Assembly: GCF_963921235.1 (NCBI RefSeq)
Contig: NC_086097.1
Location: 35,094,001-35,158,000, forward strand
DNA: 64,000 bases
Origin: Mobula hypostoma
Lineage: Eukaryota
Reading direction: 5' to 3'
The notes beneath the pieces are model-generated. The model was not told the origin of the DNA and made no database searches. It worked only from the letters and a program-made list of their open reading frames with translations. Made by a program: the position numbers and the translations under genes. The number at the start of each line of letters is the position of its first letter. Within the stretch, counting starts at the first letter, position 1. Shown here piece after piece: positions 43,187-55,769 of the stretch.

Positions 43187-44155
43187 CTGTATATTTACAG
43201 TGGGAGTTAGTACTTAGAGTTAAACATGGACTGTTGGGTACATGCGACAATGTTACAAGCCCTCATGAATAGTGATGTAAAATTGTAATGCAGTCTGGTT
43301 CCCTCTGTAAAGAGTTCCAATGAATCAGCTGAGAATTTTCAACAGCTTAATCCACATTAAAAAAAAATATATTCAAGCTTTTCTGGTGGATAGTTCAGTG
43401 GAGGAAGGTCAGACATATTTTCTATTATACTGGTCTGGAGATTGCACTTGAGCTGACCTTCTAGCTCGAATGGCAAAAAATACATAGGTTGTGTTGCAAA
43501 ACTAATTATCAAATAATAAGCAAGACAGCAATTAACATTAACGAGATCTTCATTTCACACCTTCTAGTCCTTGCCTCGCCCTTCACTCCCGTCTCTTTGA
43601 ACTGGTTCTCTCTACTCATGCAACCCCAATGTACAATTTCAACCTGAAGATCAACCATCCCTCTGTCTCCTAATGCTACCTGACCCACCAGGTTTCTTCA
43701 GCAGCTTAGATAATAAGACCATAGGACATAGAAGCAGAATTAGGCCATTCAGCCCCTCGAGTCTGCTCTGCCATTCCATTATGGCTGATTTATTATTCCA
43801 CTCAACCCCATTCTCCTGTCTTCTCCCCATAACCTTTCACACCTAACTTTTGTGTTTTTTGTTTGTTTTTTTCCCCCCTGCTCCAGATCTGTGGTCTCTT
43901 GAGTGCAATAGTATCTGGTTATCAAGATGTCAGTGATTGAAGAGGGGAAAAAAAATCCAAACATTCCAAATTACCAGTTACCTTTGTGGAAAGATATTGC
44001 TCCTTCGTAATGATGATATGTCAATTTAAAAAAGAAATCGATGATCAAAGGTTGTAAGGTATTGGCTGGCTGTTTTCTGGTATTGGACTAAACAGGAATT
44101 TTTGTATCTATCAGCAAAACACTTGGCTCATCAGAATTAAGACTGCATAAAAATC

Positions 44156-44312
44156 TACTACTACTACTTCATCGACTCAGGCCCAGGGGGCCGGCATCAG
44201 GCACGATGACAGACTCTCCACTTCTCCCTCTCCCTCATCTGTGTGTTCAGTTCATCTACATTAGCCGTGCCACTGTCTTCTAGGAGCGTGTTGACCATAG
44301 TCTTGGGAGTCT
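44156..44312 (-). mobile_element. Short LINE 3' end (RTE-like) with 14-bp TSD
   Basis: (TAG)n tail. TSD ACTGCATAAAAATC at 44142-44155 and 44313-44326. Family assignment tentative. Confidence 0.75.
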
Positions 44313-45097
44313 ACTGCATAAAAATCAGTAATAGAATATATTAAGAAAAGTATGTTGTCTGAGGTACTCGGACTGCTTTACTTAGCTGATAATAAAACTT
44401 TGTATAGAGTATAAAAAGGAAACTAATTTGGATTTACTCCCTATTAACAGTGAGCTATACTGTTTGAAAAAGAGTTTTGTTAAGGAGCCAATGGTAAGCA
44501 ACTTATAAATATTTTGCCAATATATGTTATAGATTGCACTATTATATGAGGTAACTTTTCAATATCTAGCCAATTATTTGACCTTGATAGAATCTGATAA
44601 GAGACTACGAGTTCAATGTAAAATCATCATAAGCCCTAAATATGTAATACTTCAGTTGAATTGCAAAGTTGTGGCCAAGCTGAAATTCAAACATGTACAT
44701 GATTGTTCAATCACCAAATCAAATAAAGTTCTGAACTCTTCAACAGGTTTAGCATTATGCTCTTTTTTGAAAGCAACATCCTTTGGGCCATTTTATATCC
44801 TTGGAAGAGAAAGGAAATAGCTGATCTGGTCCACGTTATGTTCTATTCAGATCATCAACCTGCAGTTCTGCTGTGATCAGTTTAAATATGAACATTCTTA
44901 TACAATTTTATAGAAGTTAAGCTTCAGTTATGGTACATAAAACTAGACCACACAATTTTTACACAAATCATTGCACTTACAAAGGGACAGAAAATCAAGT
45001 TAGTGGTTTTACAGCGTGATTGAATCATAAGCACGGAAACAGGCTTTATTAGCTCTTTGTGTCCAGAATGAGCCTCAAACAACCATTCATTTATTCT

Positions 45098-45236
45098 GAA
45101 CACAAAAGATTCTGCAGGTGCTGGAAATCAAGAGCAACACATACAAAATGCTGAAGTGACTTAACAGGTCAGGCAGCATCTATGATGAAGAATAAACAGT
45201 TGAAGTTTCAGTTTGATATCCTTTATCAGGACCTTA
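45098..45236 (-). mobile_element. PLE mini-insertion with decayed hammerhead and 9-bp TSD
   Basis: TSD ATTTATTCT at 45089-45097 and 45237-45245. Homology ends at ..CCTTTATCAGGAC (hammerhead 5' boundary). Confidence 0.7.
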
Positions 45237-45294
45237 ATTTATTCTCCCCACTTTCCTCTCAATTGTCCCCTGATTCCACCACCGGGCAGTCCAT

Positions 45295-45680
45295 TACTTA
45301 CTGCCTGTTGCACCACTGGACAGCAACAAAGGTCCTCCATCTCTGGTGGTGTTCAGGGCTTCCTTCATCATGTCGGTAGCTTCTTTTTCAATTTTCACTA
45401 CTGCCCCAGGTGGAGACTCAGGAATACTTTCGCACTCAGATGTAGAATGCTGTTTCTGTAACAATTTTGTTTTACCAGTCAGGGTTGTTAGCCCTGAGCT
45501 GAATCCCAGAACCTGAAGAACTGGTGGCCCACTCTTAGTCTGGCCTCTACCCTTTGACCTGTTTGTCAAGAGTGACCCTACCAAAAGCCAAAGCACAAGG
45601 CTCCAGCCAACATAGCTCTCTGGGTCTTTGAGGCATGCAAGCCTCCAAACCATGACTAGGTTGTGATCCTCTTGGAGGAG
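45295..45680 (-). mobile_element. Non-autonomous retroposon (probably RTE-derived), same family as 53460-53897
   Basis: The two copies are colinear (CTCCATCTCTG..GTTCAGGGCTT..GGCATGCAAGCCTCCAAACC). Family is inferred. Confidence 0.65.
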
Positions 45681-47029
45681 AGGCAATTTATAGGTGCCTA
45701 TTAATCCACCAACCCATGCATGTTTAGGAGGAAACTAGAGCATCTGGAAGAACTCCAAGCTAACACATGGAAAAAATAGGTCAATACAGATGCCATGGAG
45801 GTCAGGATTGAATCCTGTTGGCTAGAGTGTGATGCAGCAACCAAACTACCCGAGTTATTGTCCCATTGAATATTGTTCAGTCTGTTGTTTCATGCACTGT
45901 TGGAATTAATAGCTTTTGAGTGAAGGAACATTTCATGGAAGCAGATGCTAGGGCTTTCCTTGTATTTGAAAACTTGGTAAATGCACAAATTATATCTGAG
46001 AAGTAGAACATTTTAAACTGATTCTTTAAAGAACATACTCTGCATTTCATCCTGCCAACTAAGTAATTTATGTTAATTTAGTATTAATTTGTGCTTATTT
46101 TTAGGCACTATTTATGTTGGAGATAATGAGCTTGATTTTTAATTGTTGGCTTCTCTTTACTGTTGGAAATCAAATTGGATTGAAACCATAAACTGAAAGT
46201 TATTTCCACCAGTTAATTGTGGAAGATCTACTTCTGAAGTTCATAAAGATGGCTAGCATCACATTCTCAGTCAAAGTATTGAAACTGGGGCCTTTTGTTA
46301 GACATACTAGCTGAACAGAAGTTTCCTTCAGCACAATAATTGGGAAGATTGAAACCATGATCTCTCAGCAAGTTGACACACCTCAGCTGCAGGAATGTTA
46401 CTATACGAAGGAAAATGAGATACATTTTCAGCATGGTTAAATTAGAAGTACGTGAATTAGGAAGGAAATTCACATCATCAATGGTTATTGATTTCTGATA
46501 CAATTTCTGCATTCCTGGTTTTTGATTCATTTCCTTTCCCTGATAACTGTTTGAAAGTAAATCAAACAGTTTGTAACTTTGGCAAACTACCTGAACTCTT
46601 TTATCTTTGAGCTACTCATCCGTGCCACTTCAAAGGCTTCTTATTTCTGCCTTTATAACATCACGTAATGTTCTGCCTCATTCATTTGCTGCTGATATAA
46701 TCATCCACATCCTCATGTTATATTTAGATTTTATTTTTCCAACATATTATTCATCGGCTCCCTTTGTTTTACTTTCCATAAGCTGAAGGATTTTCAAAAT
46801 TCAACTATGATGTGAGCAGTTGGGAACTACCATTTGTCAAAATATTTATTGAAACCATTCACGGATGTGGTCCCAGTTTTTCACTAAAGCTATTGAGCTG
46901 GTATAGTGCATAAACTACCCCTTGACATGTATGAGCCGAACAAGCACTATATTGCCTTTAGAACTAACGTGTGCATATATAGATACTGTGTATATGAATA
47001 TAAAAGGAAGGGTGTAATGTTGAGGCTTT

Positions 47030-47512
47030 AAACTGTAAAGCGAGGCTGCATTTGGAGTATTGTGAGCAGTTTTGGGTCCCTTATCTAAGAAAGGATGTGC
47101 TGACATTGGAGAGGGTTCAAAGAAGATTCGCTGAAAATGATTCCATAATTGATAGGTTTATCATATGAGAACCGCTTGATGGCTCTAGGTCTCTACTCAC
47201 TGGAATTCAAGAAGATTGAAGAGGTACTGCAGTGAAACCTATTGAATGTTGAAAGGCCTAGATAGACTGAAGGTGGAGAGGATGTTTCATAGCCAGAGAG
47301 TGGTCAATTTGTGGAATTTATTGCCACAGGTGGCTGTGGAGGCCAAGTCATTGGGTATATTTAAGGGCAGAGGTTGTTAGATTCTTGATTTGTCAGGGCA
47401 GGAAGGGGTACAGGGAGAAGGCAGGAGATTGGGGCTGAGAGAGAAAATGGATCAGCCATGTTCAGACTTGATGGGCCAAACAGCCTAATTCTGCTCCTAT
47501 ATCTTATGGTTT
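47030..47512 (+). mobile_element. CR1 3' fragment
   Basis: HLEYCEQFWVPYLRKDVLTLERVQRRF-like sequence and CR1 tail. Confidence 0.85.
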
Positions 47513-48567
47513 TACTGTACCTTTACTTCAAACATGATTATTTCAGAGGAGAATCTGACCTCAAATTCTTCCACCCAATATGTTAGTTTTGTGCATCTTG
47601 CAATGGAGCATTTAGTGTAATGGTGTTGTATGTACTGTATATCTATCTATATTCCTGTTTCATCATACATATGGTGCACTTTGCATTGACGTAACTAGGC
47701 ATGCTTTGTAACAGCGAACAGCCAACAACAGATATTTTGACATTAGTTGTACAAGATTTTTATGTCAAAAGGAATCTATGAACAAGAGTGAACCTGCCAC
47801 ATGGAAGTGTCTCTTAAACCGAGGGTTACTTTGCCATTAATTGTAGGAAATATTGCTCTGGCTGGCTTGATCTTGTGTGTTCAGTGGCACCCATTTTCTA
47901 CCAGGTTGGTTTTCCTCTCAGTGGTATTCTCATTAATTGCTGTTACTGAGTCAGTATCTCCTTCTTTTCCTTCTTATCACCAAAAAAATCACCTTCCTGT
48001 GATTTGTCGTGAATGGCTCTATTTAATCCCACCCTACCACCATCAACCTGGCCTGCTTTTCCCCAGCCCAGCCCTTGCTCCCCTTTCAATCCTCTTGTGA
48101 TCCTCTCAATCACTTTCTCTGTAGGTTCCATGGTCCACCAAGCAGAGGTTGTTCTGTCTGGACATTGTGCAGCTACAGTAACACCACTGTGTGAATTTAC
48201 ACAAATCTGTTGTGGACCTTCTTTCACAATATTGTTTCCATGATTCAAATTTTAACCTTCTGTGTTTTTTGTGTTTGCGTGTATTTATTTTTGGAAGAAT
48301 TCACATCATTATGTCACAATGATTCAGAGCACCATCAGCAATGTAGCATGTTATATTATATACCATAAGACCATAAAGACATAAGAGCAGACTTATTTCA
48401 GAGGAGAATCAGAACTCAAATTTCTACCACACATTTGGCCCATTGTGTCTGCTCCACCATTCTACAATGGCTGAATAATTTTCCCTCTCAATCCCAATCT
48501 CTTGCCTTCTGCCAGTAACTTTTGACACCTTGACGAATCAAGAACCTATTAACCCCTGCTTTAAATA

Positions 48568-49095
48568 TACTGCCTTATTAGGTACACCTGTACACCTGCT
48601 TGTGAATACAAATATCTAATCAGCAATCATGTGACAGTAACTCAAAGCATAAAAGCATTCAGACGTGGTCACGAGGTTCAGTTGTTGTTCAGACCAAACG
48701 TTAGAATGGGGAAGATTTGTGATCTAAGTGACTTTGACTGTGGAATGATGGTTGGTGACAGGCAGGGTGATTTGATTATCTCAGAAACTTCTGAACTCCT
48801 GGGACTTTTGCACATAACAGTCTCTAATGTTTATAGAGAATGGTGAGATAAAAATAACATCCAGTGAGCAGCAGTCCTAGGCGGTGGGGGTGGGGGGGGG
48901 GGGAAATTGCCTTGTTAATGAGAAAGGTCAAAGAGTAGCCAGACTGGTTCAAGCAGACAGGAGAGCGACAGTAACTTATATAACCATGCATTACAACAGT
49001 GGTGTGCAGAAGAGCATCTCTGAACGCCCAACATGTTGAACCTTGAAGTGTATGGGCTACAGGAGGTACCTAATAAAGGGGCCACTGTGTGTATA
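48568..49095 (+). mobile_element. Internally deleted Tc1/mariner transposon
   Basis: TIR parts TTATTAGGTAC and GTACCTAATAAAGGGGCCACTGTGTGTA at a TA site. Transposase N-terminal HTH MGKICDLSDFDCGMMVG..ISETSELLG..TVSNVYREW. Confidence 0.85.
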
Positions 49096-49136
49096 CCCAA
49101 TAACGTGGCCTCCACAGGCATCTGTGGCAGTGAATT

Positions 49137-49402
49137 AGCACAATGTTTCACAGCACCAGAGACCCAGGTTCAATTCCTGCTGCTGTTTGTAAGGAGTTTG
49201 TACGTTCTCACCGTGACCGTGTGGGTTTCCTCTGGGTGCTCTGGTTTCCTCCCACAGTCCAAAGATGTAATGGTTGGTAGATTAATTGGTCATTGTGAAT
49301 TGTCCGGTGATTAGGCTAGGCATTAAACTTGGAGGGGCTGGGCGGCCGGGCTCGAAGGTCCGGAACAGACTATTCTGCGCTTTATCTCAATAAATAATAA
49401 AT
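49137..49402 (+). mobile_element. V-SINE (HE1-like) with tRNA head
   Basis: B box GGTTCAATTCC. V-domain GGGTTTCCTCTGGGTGCTCTGGTTTCCTCCCACAGTCCAAAGA. (AATA)n tail. Confidence 0.85.
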
Positions 49403-49644
49403 AATTCCCCATGTCCATCATCCTCTGGCTGAAGAAATTCTTCCTCATCTCTGTTCTGAACGGACACTGAGCCTGTGTCAATAATAGCTCCTGACCAAAG
49501 TAACGTAGAACAATCTCACTATCTCACTTTTCTACTCTTACCCACGCCTTTTATATATGTTTTTTCTTGATCCTTCGCCAGGTTGGCTTGTGATTGCTGT
49601 GACTGCCACAGCCAGTCATTGTTCTGGCAGATAGGGCTCTATAT

Positions 49645-49724
49645 CAGGGGTTCCCAACCTTTTTTATGCCATGGACTCCTACCAATAACCGAGTGGTCAG
49701 TGGATTCCAGGTTGGGAACCCCTG
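49645..49724. mobile_element. 80-bp hAT (Charlie-type) MITE
   Basis: Perfect 16-bp TIR CAGGGGTTCCCAACCT. Perfect 8-bp TSD CTCTATAT at 49637-49644 and 49725-49732. Confidence 0.93.
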
Positions 49725-50719
49725 CTCTATATACTGTCACTGTGATGACATTGTCTTTAGTTTATATGATAATTACATGATCCTTTGAAGCAATTTTTAA
49801 TTTTAAAAATATCACACCCTGCTTGCAATCTCTTAGCGCTTTACCTTCAGGCCTCATTTCACTAACACTCACATAACCTTCTCACCAGCAGCATGCAAAT
49901 GTCACTCCACTCTTTAAGAAGGGAGGAAGGCAAAACAAAAAAGAAATTATAGGCCAGTTAGCCTAACTGCAGTGGCTGGGTAAGTGTTGGAGTTGACTAT
50001 TAAGGATGAGGTTTTGAGGTACTTGGAGACTAATGATAAAATAAGTCAAAGTCAGCATGGTTTCTGTAAAGGGAAATCTTGCCTGATAAATCTGTTAGAG
50101 TTCTTCAAGGAAGCAACAAGCAGAGTGGATAAAGGAGAGGCAGTGGATGTCATTTACTTGAATTTTCAGAAGGTGTTTGATAAGGTGCCTCACATGAGAT
50201 GGCTTAACAAGATAAAATCCTATGGCGTTACAGGAAAGATACTGGCATGAGTAGAGGAATGGCTGACGGGCAGGAGGCAGCAAGTGGGAATAAAGTGGGC
50301 CTTTTCTGGTTGGCTGCCAGTGACTAGTGGTTTTTGTCAGGGGTTAGTATTGGGACCGCTACTTTTCACATTGTTTGTCAATGATTTGGATAGTGGAATT
50401 GGTGGCTTTGTGGCAAACTTTGCAGTTGATACAAAGATAGGTGGAGGGGTAGTTAGTGCTGAGGAAGCAATGCGATTGCGGCAGGACTTAGACAAGTTGG
50501 AAGACTGGACAAAAAAGTGGCAGATGGAATACAGTGTTGGGAAATGTATGATAATGCATTTTGGTAAAAGGAACAATAGTGTGGACTATTAACTAAATGG
50601 CGAGAAGGTTCAAATATCAAAAACTAAACTCAAAATAATCTGCAGATGCTGTTGTCAAAGGAGCACTCACAATGCGCTGGAGGAACTCAGCAGGTCAGTC
50701 AGCATCAGTTGAAAAGATT

Positions 50720-50755
50720 AGTCGACGTTTCGGGCCAAAACCCTTCGTCAGGACT
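50720..50755 (-). ncRNA. Intact minimal type-I hammerhead ribozyme motif
   Basis: Reverse complement AGTC-CTGACGA-A-GGGTTTTGGCCC-GAAA-CGTC-GACT. Confidence 0.85.
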
Positions 50756-51567
50756 GAAGGAAGAACTTTGGGGAGGGTTTGAAGAATGCTGGTAGTTGAA
50801 AAAAACAGTAACTTGAAAGACAAAGGGGTGGGGGACGGGAAGCAGAAAGGTGATTGGCAGGAGAACAATGCGCAGTAGTAGAAGGAGGCGGAACTATGAG
50901 GGAGGTGATGTGAAATAGGGATAGGGGAAGGGAAGGGGAGGGAATTACCGGAAGTTGGAGAATTCCATGTTCATACCAAGGGGCTGGAGACTACCTAGAC
51001 GGTATATGAGGTGTTGCTCCTCCAACCTGAGTTTAGCCTCATCATTGCAGTAGAGGAGGCCATGTATGGACATATATGAATGGGAATGGGAAGCAGAGTT
51101 GAAGTGGGTGGCTACCGGGAGATCCTGTCTGTTGTGGCGCTTATCCCTGTAAGCGTAAGTGCTACACCTGTCCCTACACCTCTTCTCTTGCCAACATTCA
51201 GGCCCCCAAACAGTCCTTCCAGGTGAGGCAACACTTCACTTGAGAGTCTGTTGGGGTCATCCATTGCATCCGGTGCTCCCGGTGTGGCCTCCTCTACATC
51301 GGTGAAACCAGACGCAGATTGGGGGACCACTTCATTGAGCCCCTTGGTATGAACATAGAATTCTCCAGCTTCCGGTAATTCCCTCCCCCTCCCTTCCTCT
51401 ACCTCTATTTCACATCACCTCCCTCATAGTTCCGACTCCTTCTACTACTGCGCATTGTTCTCCTGGCAATCACCTCCCTGCTTCCCCTCCCCCACCCCTT
51501 TGTCTTTCAAGTTACTGTTTTTTTCAACTACCAGCATTCTTCAAACCCTCCCCAAAGTTCTTCCTTC

Positions 51568-51603
51568 AGTCCTGACGAAGGGTTTCGGCCCGAAACGTCG
51601 ACT
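51568..51603 (+). ncRNA. Intact minimal type-I hammerhead ribozyme motif
   Basis: AGTC-CTGACGA-A-GGGT(TTCG)GCCC-GAAA-CGTC-GACT. Predicted GUC cleavage after 51599. Confidence 0.87.
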
Positions 51604-53459
51604 AATCTTTTCAACTGATGCTGACTGACCTGCTGAGTTCCTCCAGCGCATTGTGAGGGTTCAAACATCAGAGGTGCAGAGGGACTTGGGACTTCTCATG
51701 TACGACTCCCAGAAGGTTAATTTACAGGTTGAGTCTGTGGTAAAGAAGTCAAATGCAATGTTGGCATTTATTTCAAGGGGAATAGAATATAAAAGCAAGG
51801 AGATAATGCTGTGGTTTTATAAGACACTAGTTGGTCTGCACTTGGAGCATTGTCATCAGTTTTGGGCCCCATATCTCAGAAAGGACGTGTTATTATTGGA
51901 GAGTCCAGAGGAGGTTCATGAGGATGATTCTGGGAATGAAGGGGTAAATATATGAGAAGCGTTTGGCAGCTCTCGGCCTGTACTCACTGGAATTTAGAAG
52001 AATGCGTGGGGATCTCATTGAAACCTACCGAATGTTGAAAGCACTAGATAGGGTGGATGTGGAGAGGATGTTTCCTGTGGTGGGGAAATCCAGAACTAGA
52101 GGGCACAGCCTCAAAATTGAGGGATGTCCTTTTAGAACAGAGCGAAGGAGGATTTTTTTTTGCCTAAGAGTAGTGAATCTGTGGAATGCTCTGCCACAAG
52201 CTGCGGTGGAGGCCAAGTCCGTGGGTATGTTTATGTGGAAGTTGATTGTTTCCTGATCAGTCAGGGCATCAAAAGATATGGCGAGACGGAAGGTATATGG
52301 GGTTGAGTGGGATCCGGGATCAGCCATGATGGAATGGCGGAACAGACTCAATGGGCTGAATGGCCTAATTCTGCTCCTATATCTTATGGTTTTATGTCAG
52401 TTCATTGTGATTACTAATCTCAGTGTATGATACCAGAAGAAAACTGTATAGAATTTTTAAGAGAGTAAATATGAATTGTAAGGTTATTGTAAAGTCTTAA
52501 GCTGATGTTACTAGACAATCTGAATGAATTGATACCTTGCTGGAAGCTGGATAAATCCCGGAGAGGCAAGAATCTGCAAGGCTACAGAGAGCGAGCAGTG
52601 AAATGGGACTGTCTAGATTTCTCCTAGTTTGAGCTGGTATATAGTGTCAGTGGATGAAACTGTTTCCTTTTCAGTAGCAATTCCATGACTATGACTTTCT
52701 GTAAATTACTGTCAGCTCACTCACAACCTATTTATTGCAGGCAAGCATTAACTGTACAATATTTGGTTATAAATCTTTCATGTTCTCCTGGTATTTCCAC
52801 TATTTGGTTTGATGTACAAACCAAAAATTATAGAGAATACTTATTATTATTGATTTTGGCAGATTTCATAAACAGATGCGGCTTTTGCTTTTTATTTTAG
52901 TTTCTTTATGTAAGAAATGTAATTTCTGAAAAAAAAAATCCAGTGAATCTGTCCATAACTTAAAAAAGGTAGATTTCCAATTCAGGGAAAAATGCCATAG
53001 GTACAATCTGTCTTTCAAGAAAGACATGAAAAAAAATCAAATAATACTTCTTGTTAGTGTTAGTGCAGCTACGGACAGTAAAGTCTGCATGTACAGAAAT
53101 GGAAATGTCTGTGATCATTGATATTCTGTAATCTATGAAGTAAGCTTTGAAGTAAAAACTGGCTTATCAGGTCTCTCAGCTTTGCCTAAAATGTATTTCT
53201 TACTATGAATTTACAGTAGCAATTGTTGATCTTGGGACAGTGCTAATGCTATTTCAGCTAATAACCAGGCCTCACAAATATGATAAGATGTCATACATTT
53301 TGTGTTCCAGCATGGATGTTCTACATTTTACACCAAGCCTGGTTTGATTTCCTGATCTTCTGCATGTTGCTTGCCTTGACTCTGTCTCTCACCTGACTAG
53401 TCAATACCATCTTTAGAACTGAAATCGATGAATCCAGTGTGGAGGATTACAGACCATTG

Positions 53460-53897
53460 CCTTGCACTTTAAGTCTGCACTCATGCTGCACCGCTACACT
53501 GCTTGTGTTTAGGGCAGCAATGAATTTTCTCCATCTCTGTCAGTGTTCAGGGCTTCTTTCATCGTGCCAGAAGTTTGGTTTTCACTACTGTCGGTCATGC
53601 AAGTTCCGGGTGGAGACTGGGGAACACCATCACACTCAGTTGTGGAAGGATTCTTCATTGCTCTTTCTGTAACAGCTTTGTTTTACCACTTAGAGTCGTT
53701 CACCCTAAGCTGAACCCCTGAACCTGGAGGACTGGTGGACCACTGTAAGTCTGACCTCTACCCCTTGACCTGTTTGACTTGGGTGACCCCACCAAGAGCC
53801 AAAGCATAAAGCCCTGACTCCCGCCAACATAGCTCTCTGGGTCACTGAGGCATGCAAGCCTCCAAACCCTATGACAACATTGTGGTCCTTTTGGAGG
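53460..53897 (-). mobile_element. Non-autonomous retroposon, same family as 45295-45680
   Basis: Colinear similarity to 45295-45680. Confidence 0.65.
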
Positions 53898-54184
53898 ACA
53901 TGAGGTGAGGACTAAATGATAAATCATTTGAAACTGGAACATGAGGTATTCCAAGCTAGCACAGAATGTAGTGACTTTGTAAATAATTTTGAGCCATCAA
54001 TGATTTATTAATCTGTGCTCCATCAGGCACTACAAGAAGGAGACATCTGTTTAAAATCCACATACACCTGTATCAGATATAATTCTGTGTCATTGCAAAA
54101 GTTATAAGCTACCAGGATATGCATTTAGGAGACCTGATATTATACTTCGTGTAATATCTACTCTTCCTCCTCCTTGTCCATAAA

Positions 54185-54565
54185 ACCATAAGCCATCAGA
54201 GCAGAATTAGGCCATTCAGCCCATCGAGTCTGCTCATCATGACTGATTTATTATCTTTCTCAACACCATTCTCCTGGCATCTACCCATAACCTTTCACTG
54301 ATCTCCTGCCTTCTCCTGGTAACCTTACTAATCAAGAACCTATCAACCTCTGCTTTAAACATACCCAATGACTTGGCCTGCACAACCATCTGTGGCAATG
54401 GATTCCACAGATTCACCACCCTCTGGATAGGAAATTCTTCCTCATCTCTGTTCTAAGTAGATGTCCCTCTGTTCTGAGGCTGTGTCCTCTGCTCCTAGAC
54501 ACCCCCACGATAGGAAACATCTCTATGTCCACTGTATCCGGACCTTTTAATATTCGATGGGTTTC
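54185..54565 (-). mobile_element. CR1 3' fragment
   Basis: VNLWNPLP..FKAEVDRFL and CR1 tail. Confidence 0.85.
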
Positions 54566-55245
54566 TTTTTTTTTGTAATTTATTTTTTATTGAAGTTCAT
54601 CATCACACAAAACTTTCCATAAGATGTATTTCAGATACTGTACATATATATCATATAGTCATATTTGTCACAAATCTCCACATAATATTTATCTGAGGTA
54701 TACACTTATAGAAAGGAGAGGAAAGAAAGAACAATCAGAAGAAGAAAACTATGTACAAAGTAGGGAGTGATCTTTTTTTTACAATATATTCATTGACTTG
54801 TGAGAATATAATCAGGCCTATGAGGCGTTATGTAATTAAACCATTTTTCCCAGTATGAATCAAATTGTTCCAACTTATGATTAACAGATGCTGTTATCTT
54901 CTCCATTTTGTAAATGTCCATAGTAATTTCCATCCATACATCTAAAATTGGGCTCTCCTGAGGTAACCATTTCCTGGCAAGGGTCTTTTTATCAGCCACT
55001 AGCAGTATATTCATTAAATGTTTATCTCTTTTCAACCATTCTTGAGGTATATACCCAAACTATATGGTCTTACTCTCTAAGGGTATTTCACATTTAAAGA
55101 TGTCTTGTAGGGCATTATGTATCCCACTCCAATAGTCTTTGATAACGGGACATTCCCAGAAAATATGATAATGGTTTGCATTTTGATTTCCACAATTTCT
55201 CCAGCAAACAGGGAGGTTACTGTCATAATGGGATTTCTGAGAGAT
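54562..55245 (-). mobile_element. L1-clade LINE 3' fragment with poly(A)
   Basis: Cys-rich motif CWRNCG..HYHIFWECP..YW. Downstream KKTLARKW..W. T-rich tail on + at 54562-54575. Confidence 0.8.
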
Positions 55246-55769
55246 TGCTAAAAATTCTAGGTTATAGGATACAACCCACAACAGCAACACATTTTCTACA
55301 GGAGGATGAGCAATCGATCACATGTATACCTTAGATTGCAGAACTGATGATGTTTGATGCATAGATTAGTTGTGTTGAATGACCTGATTCAACAATGCAT
55401 ATTTTATGTTGAAAACCATTCTTTTTGATAAGATCACTCTTAACACCAAATCCAATTTAAAAACATATACATTGTTAACGTTTCAGTGGTCTTGTCCTGA
55501 AACTTGTCTCATGCCAACAATAAAGAAGGGAGGCATGTATACAGTACAGAAGAAAATATCCATGTGAAATGGAAATACTGCCAAAATGTGTGCTTTTTAA
55601 TGATCATAACCAATAACATCAATTTGTTACCAATTTGATCAATTATTAATCCAAAAAAACAAAAAGAATTGGTCAGAACATGCCAGTGTAATCCAACAAG
55701 ATATGCAACTCAGTAGTACATAAATTGGCAGAATCTTTTAAAGCTTTAAAAAATATTGACTTATTGGCA

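Larger units (their letters stand above)
48362..49468 (-). mobile_element. CR1 3' end split by a Tc1 relic and a SINE
   Basis: Pieces 48362-48570, 49093-49137 and 49403-49468 rejoin to match the copy at 54185-54470. Confidence 0.75.
50620..51657. mobile_element. Penelope-like element with inverted pLTRs and 13-bp TSD
   Basis: Inverted repeat 50666-50985 vs 51338-51657. GIY-YIG fragment at 51142-51340 (GVIHCIRCSRCGLLYIGETRRRLGDH). TSD GGTTCAAA(T/C)ATCA at 50607-50619 and 51658-51670. Confidence 0.93.
49890..52395 (+). mobile_element. 5'-truncated CR1 LINE interrupted by a fold-back PLE
   Basis: QHGFCKGKSC, FDKVPH, LGPLLF, QRDLG, RGDLIETY, plus CR1 tail. Confidence 0.93.

Noticed and set aside
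45970..46000. LVNAQII and (at ~32825) LLGNAN peptides resembling LGNAQIV
   Set aside because: Short chance matches with no continuation.
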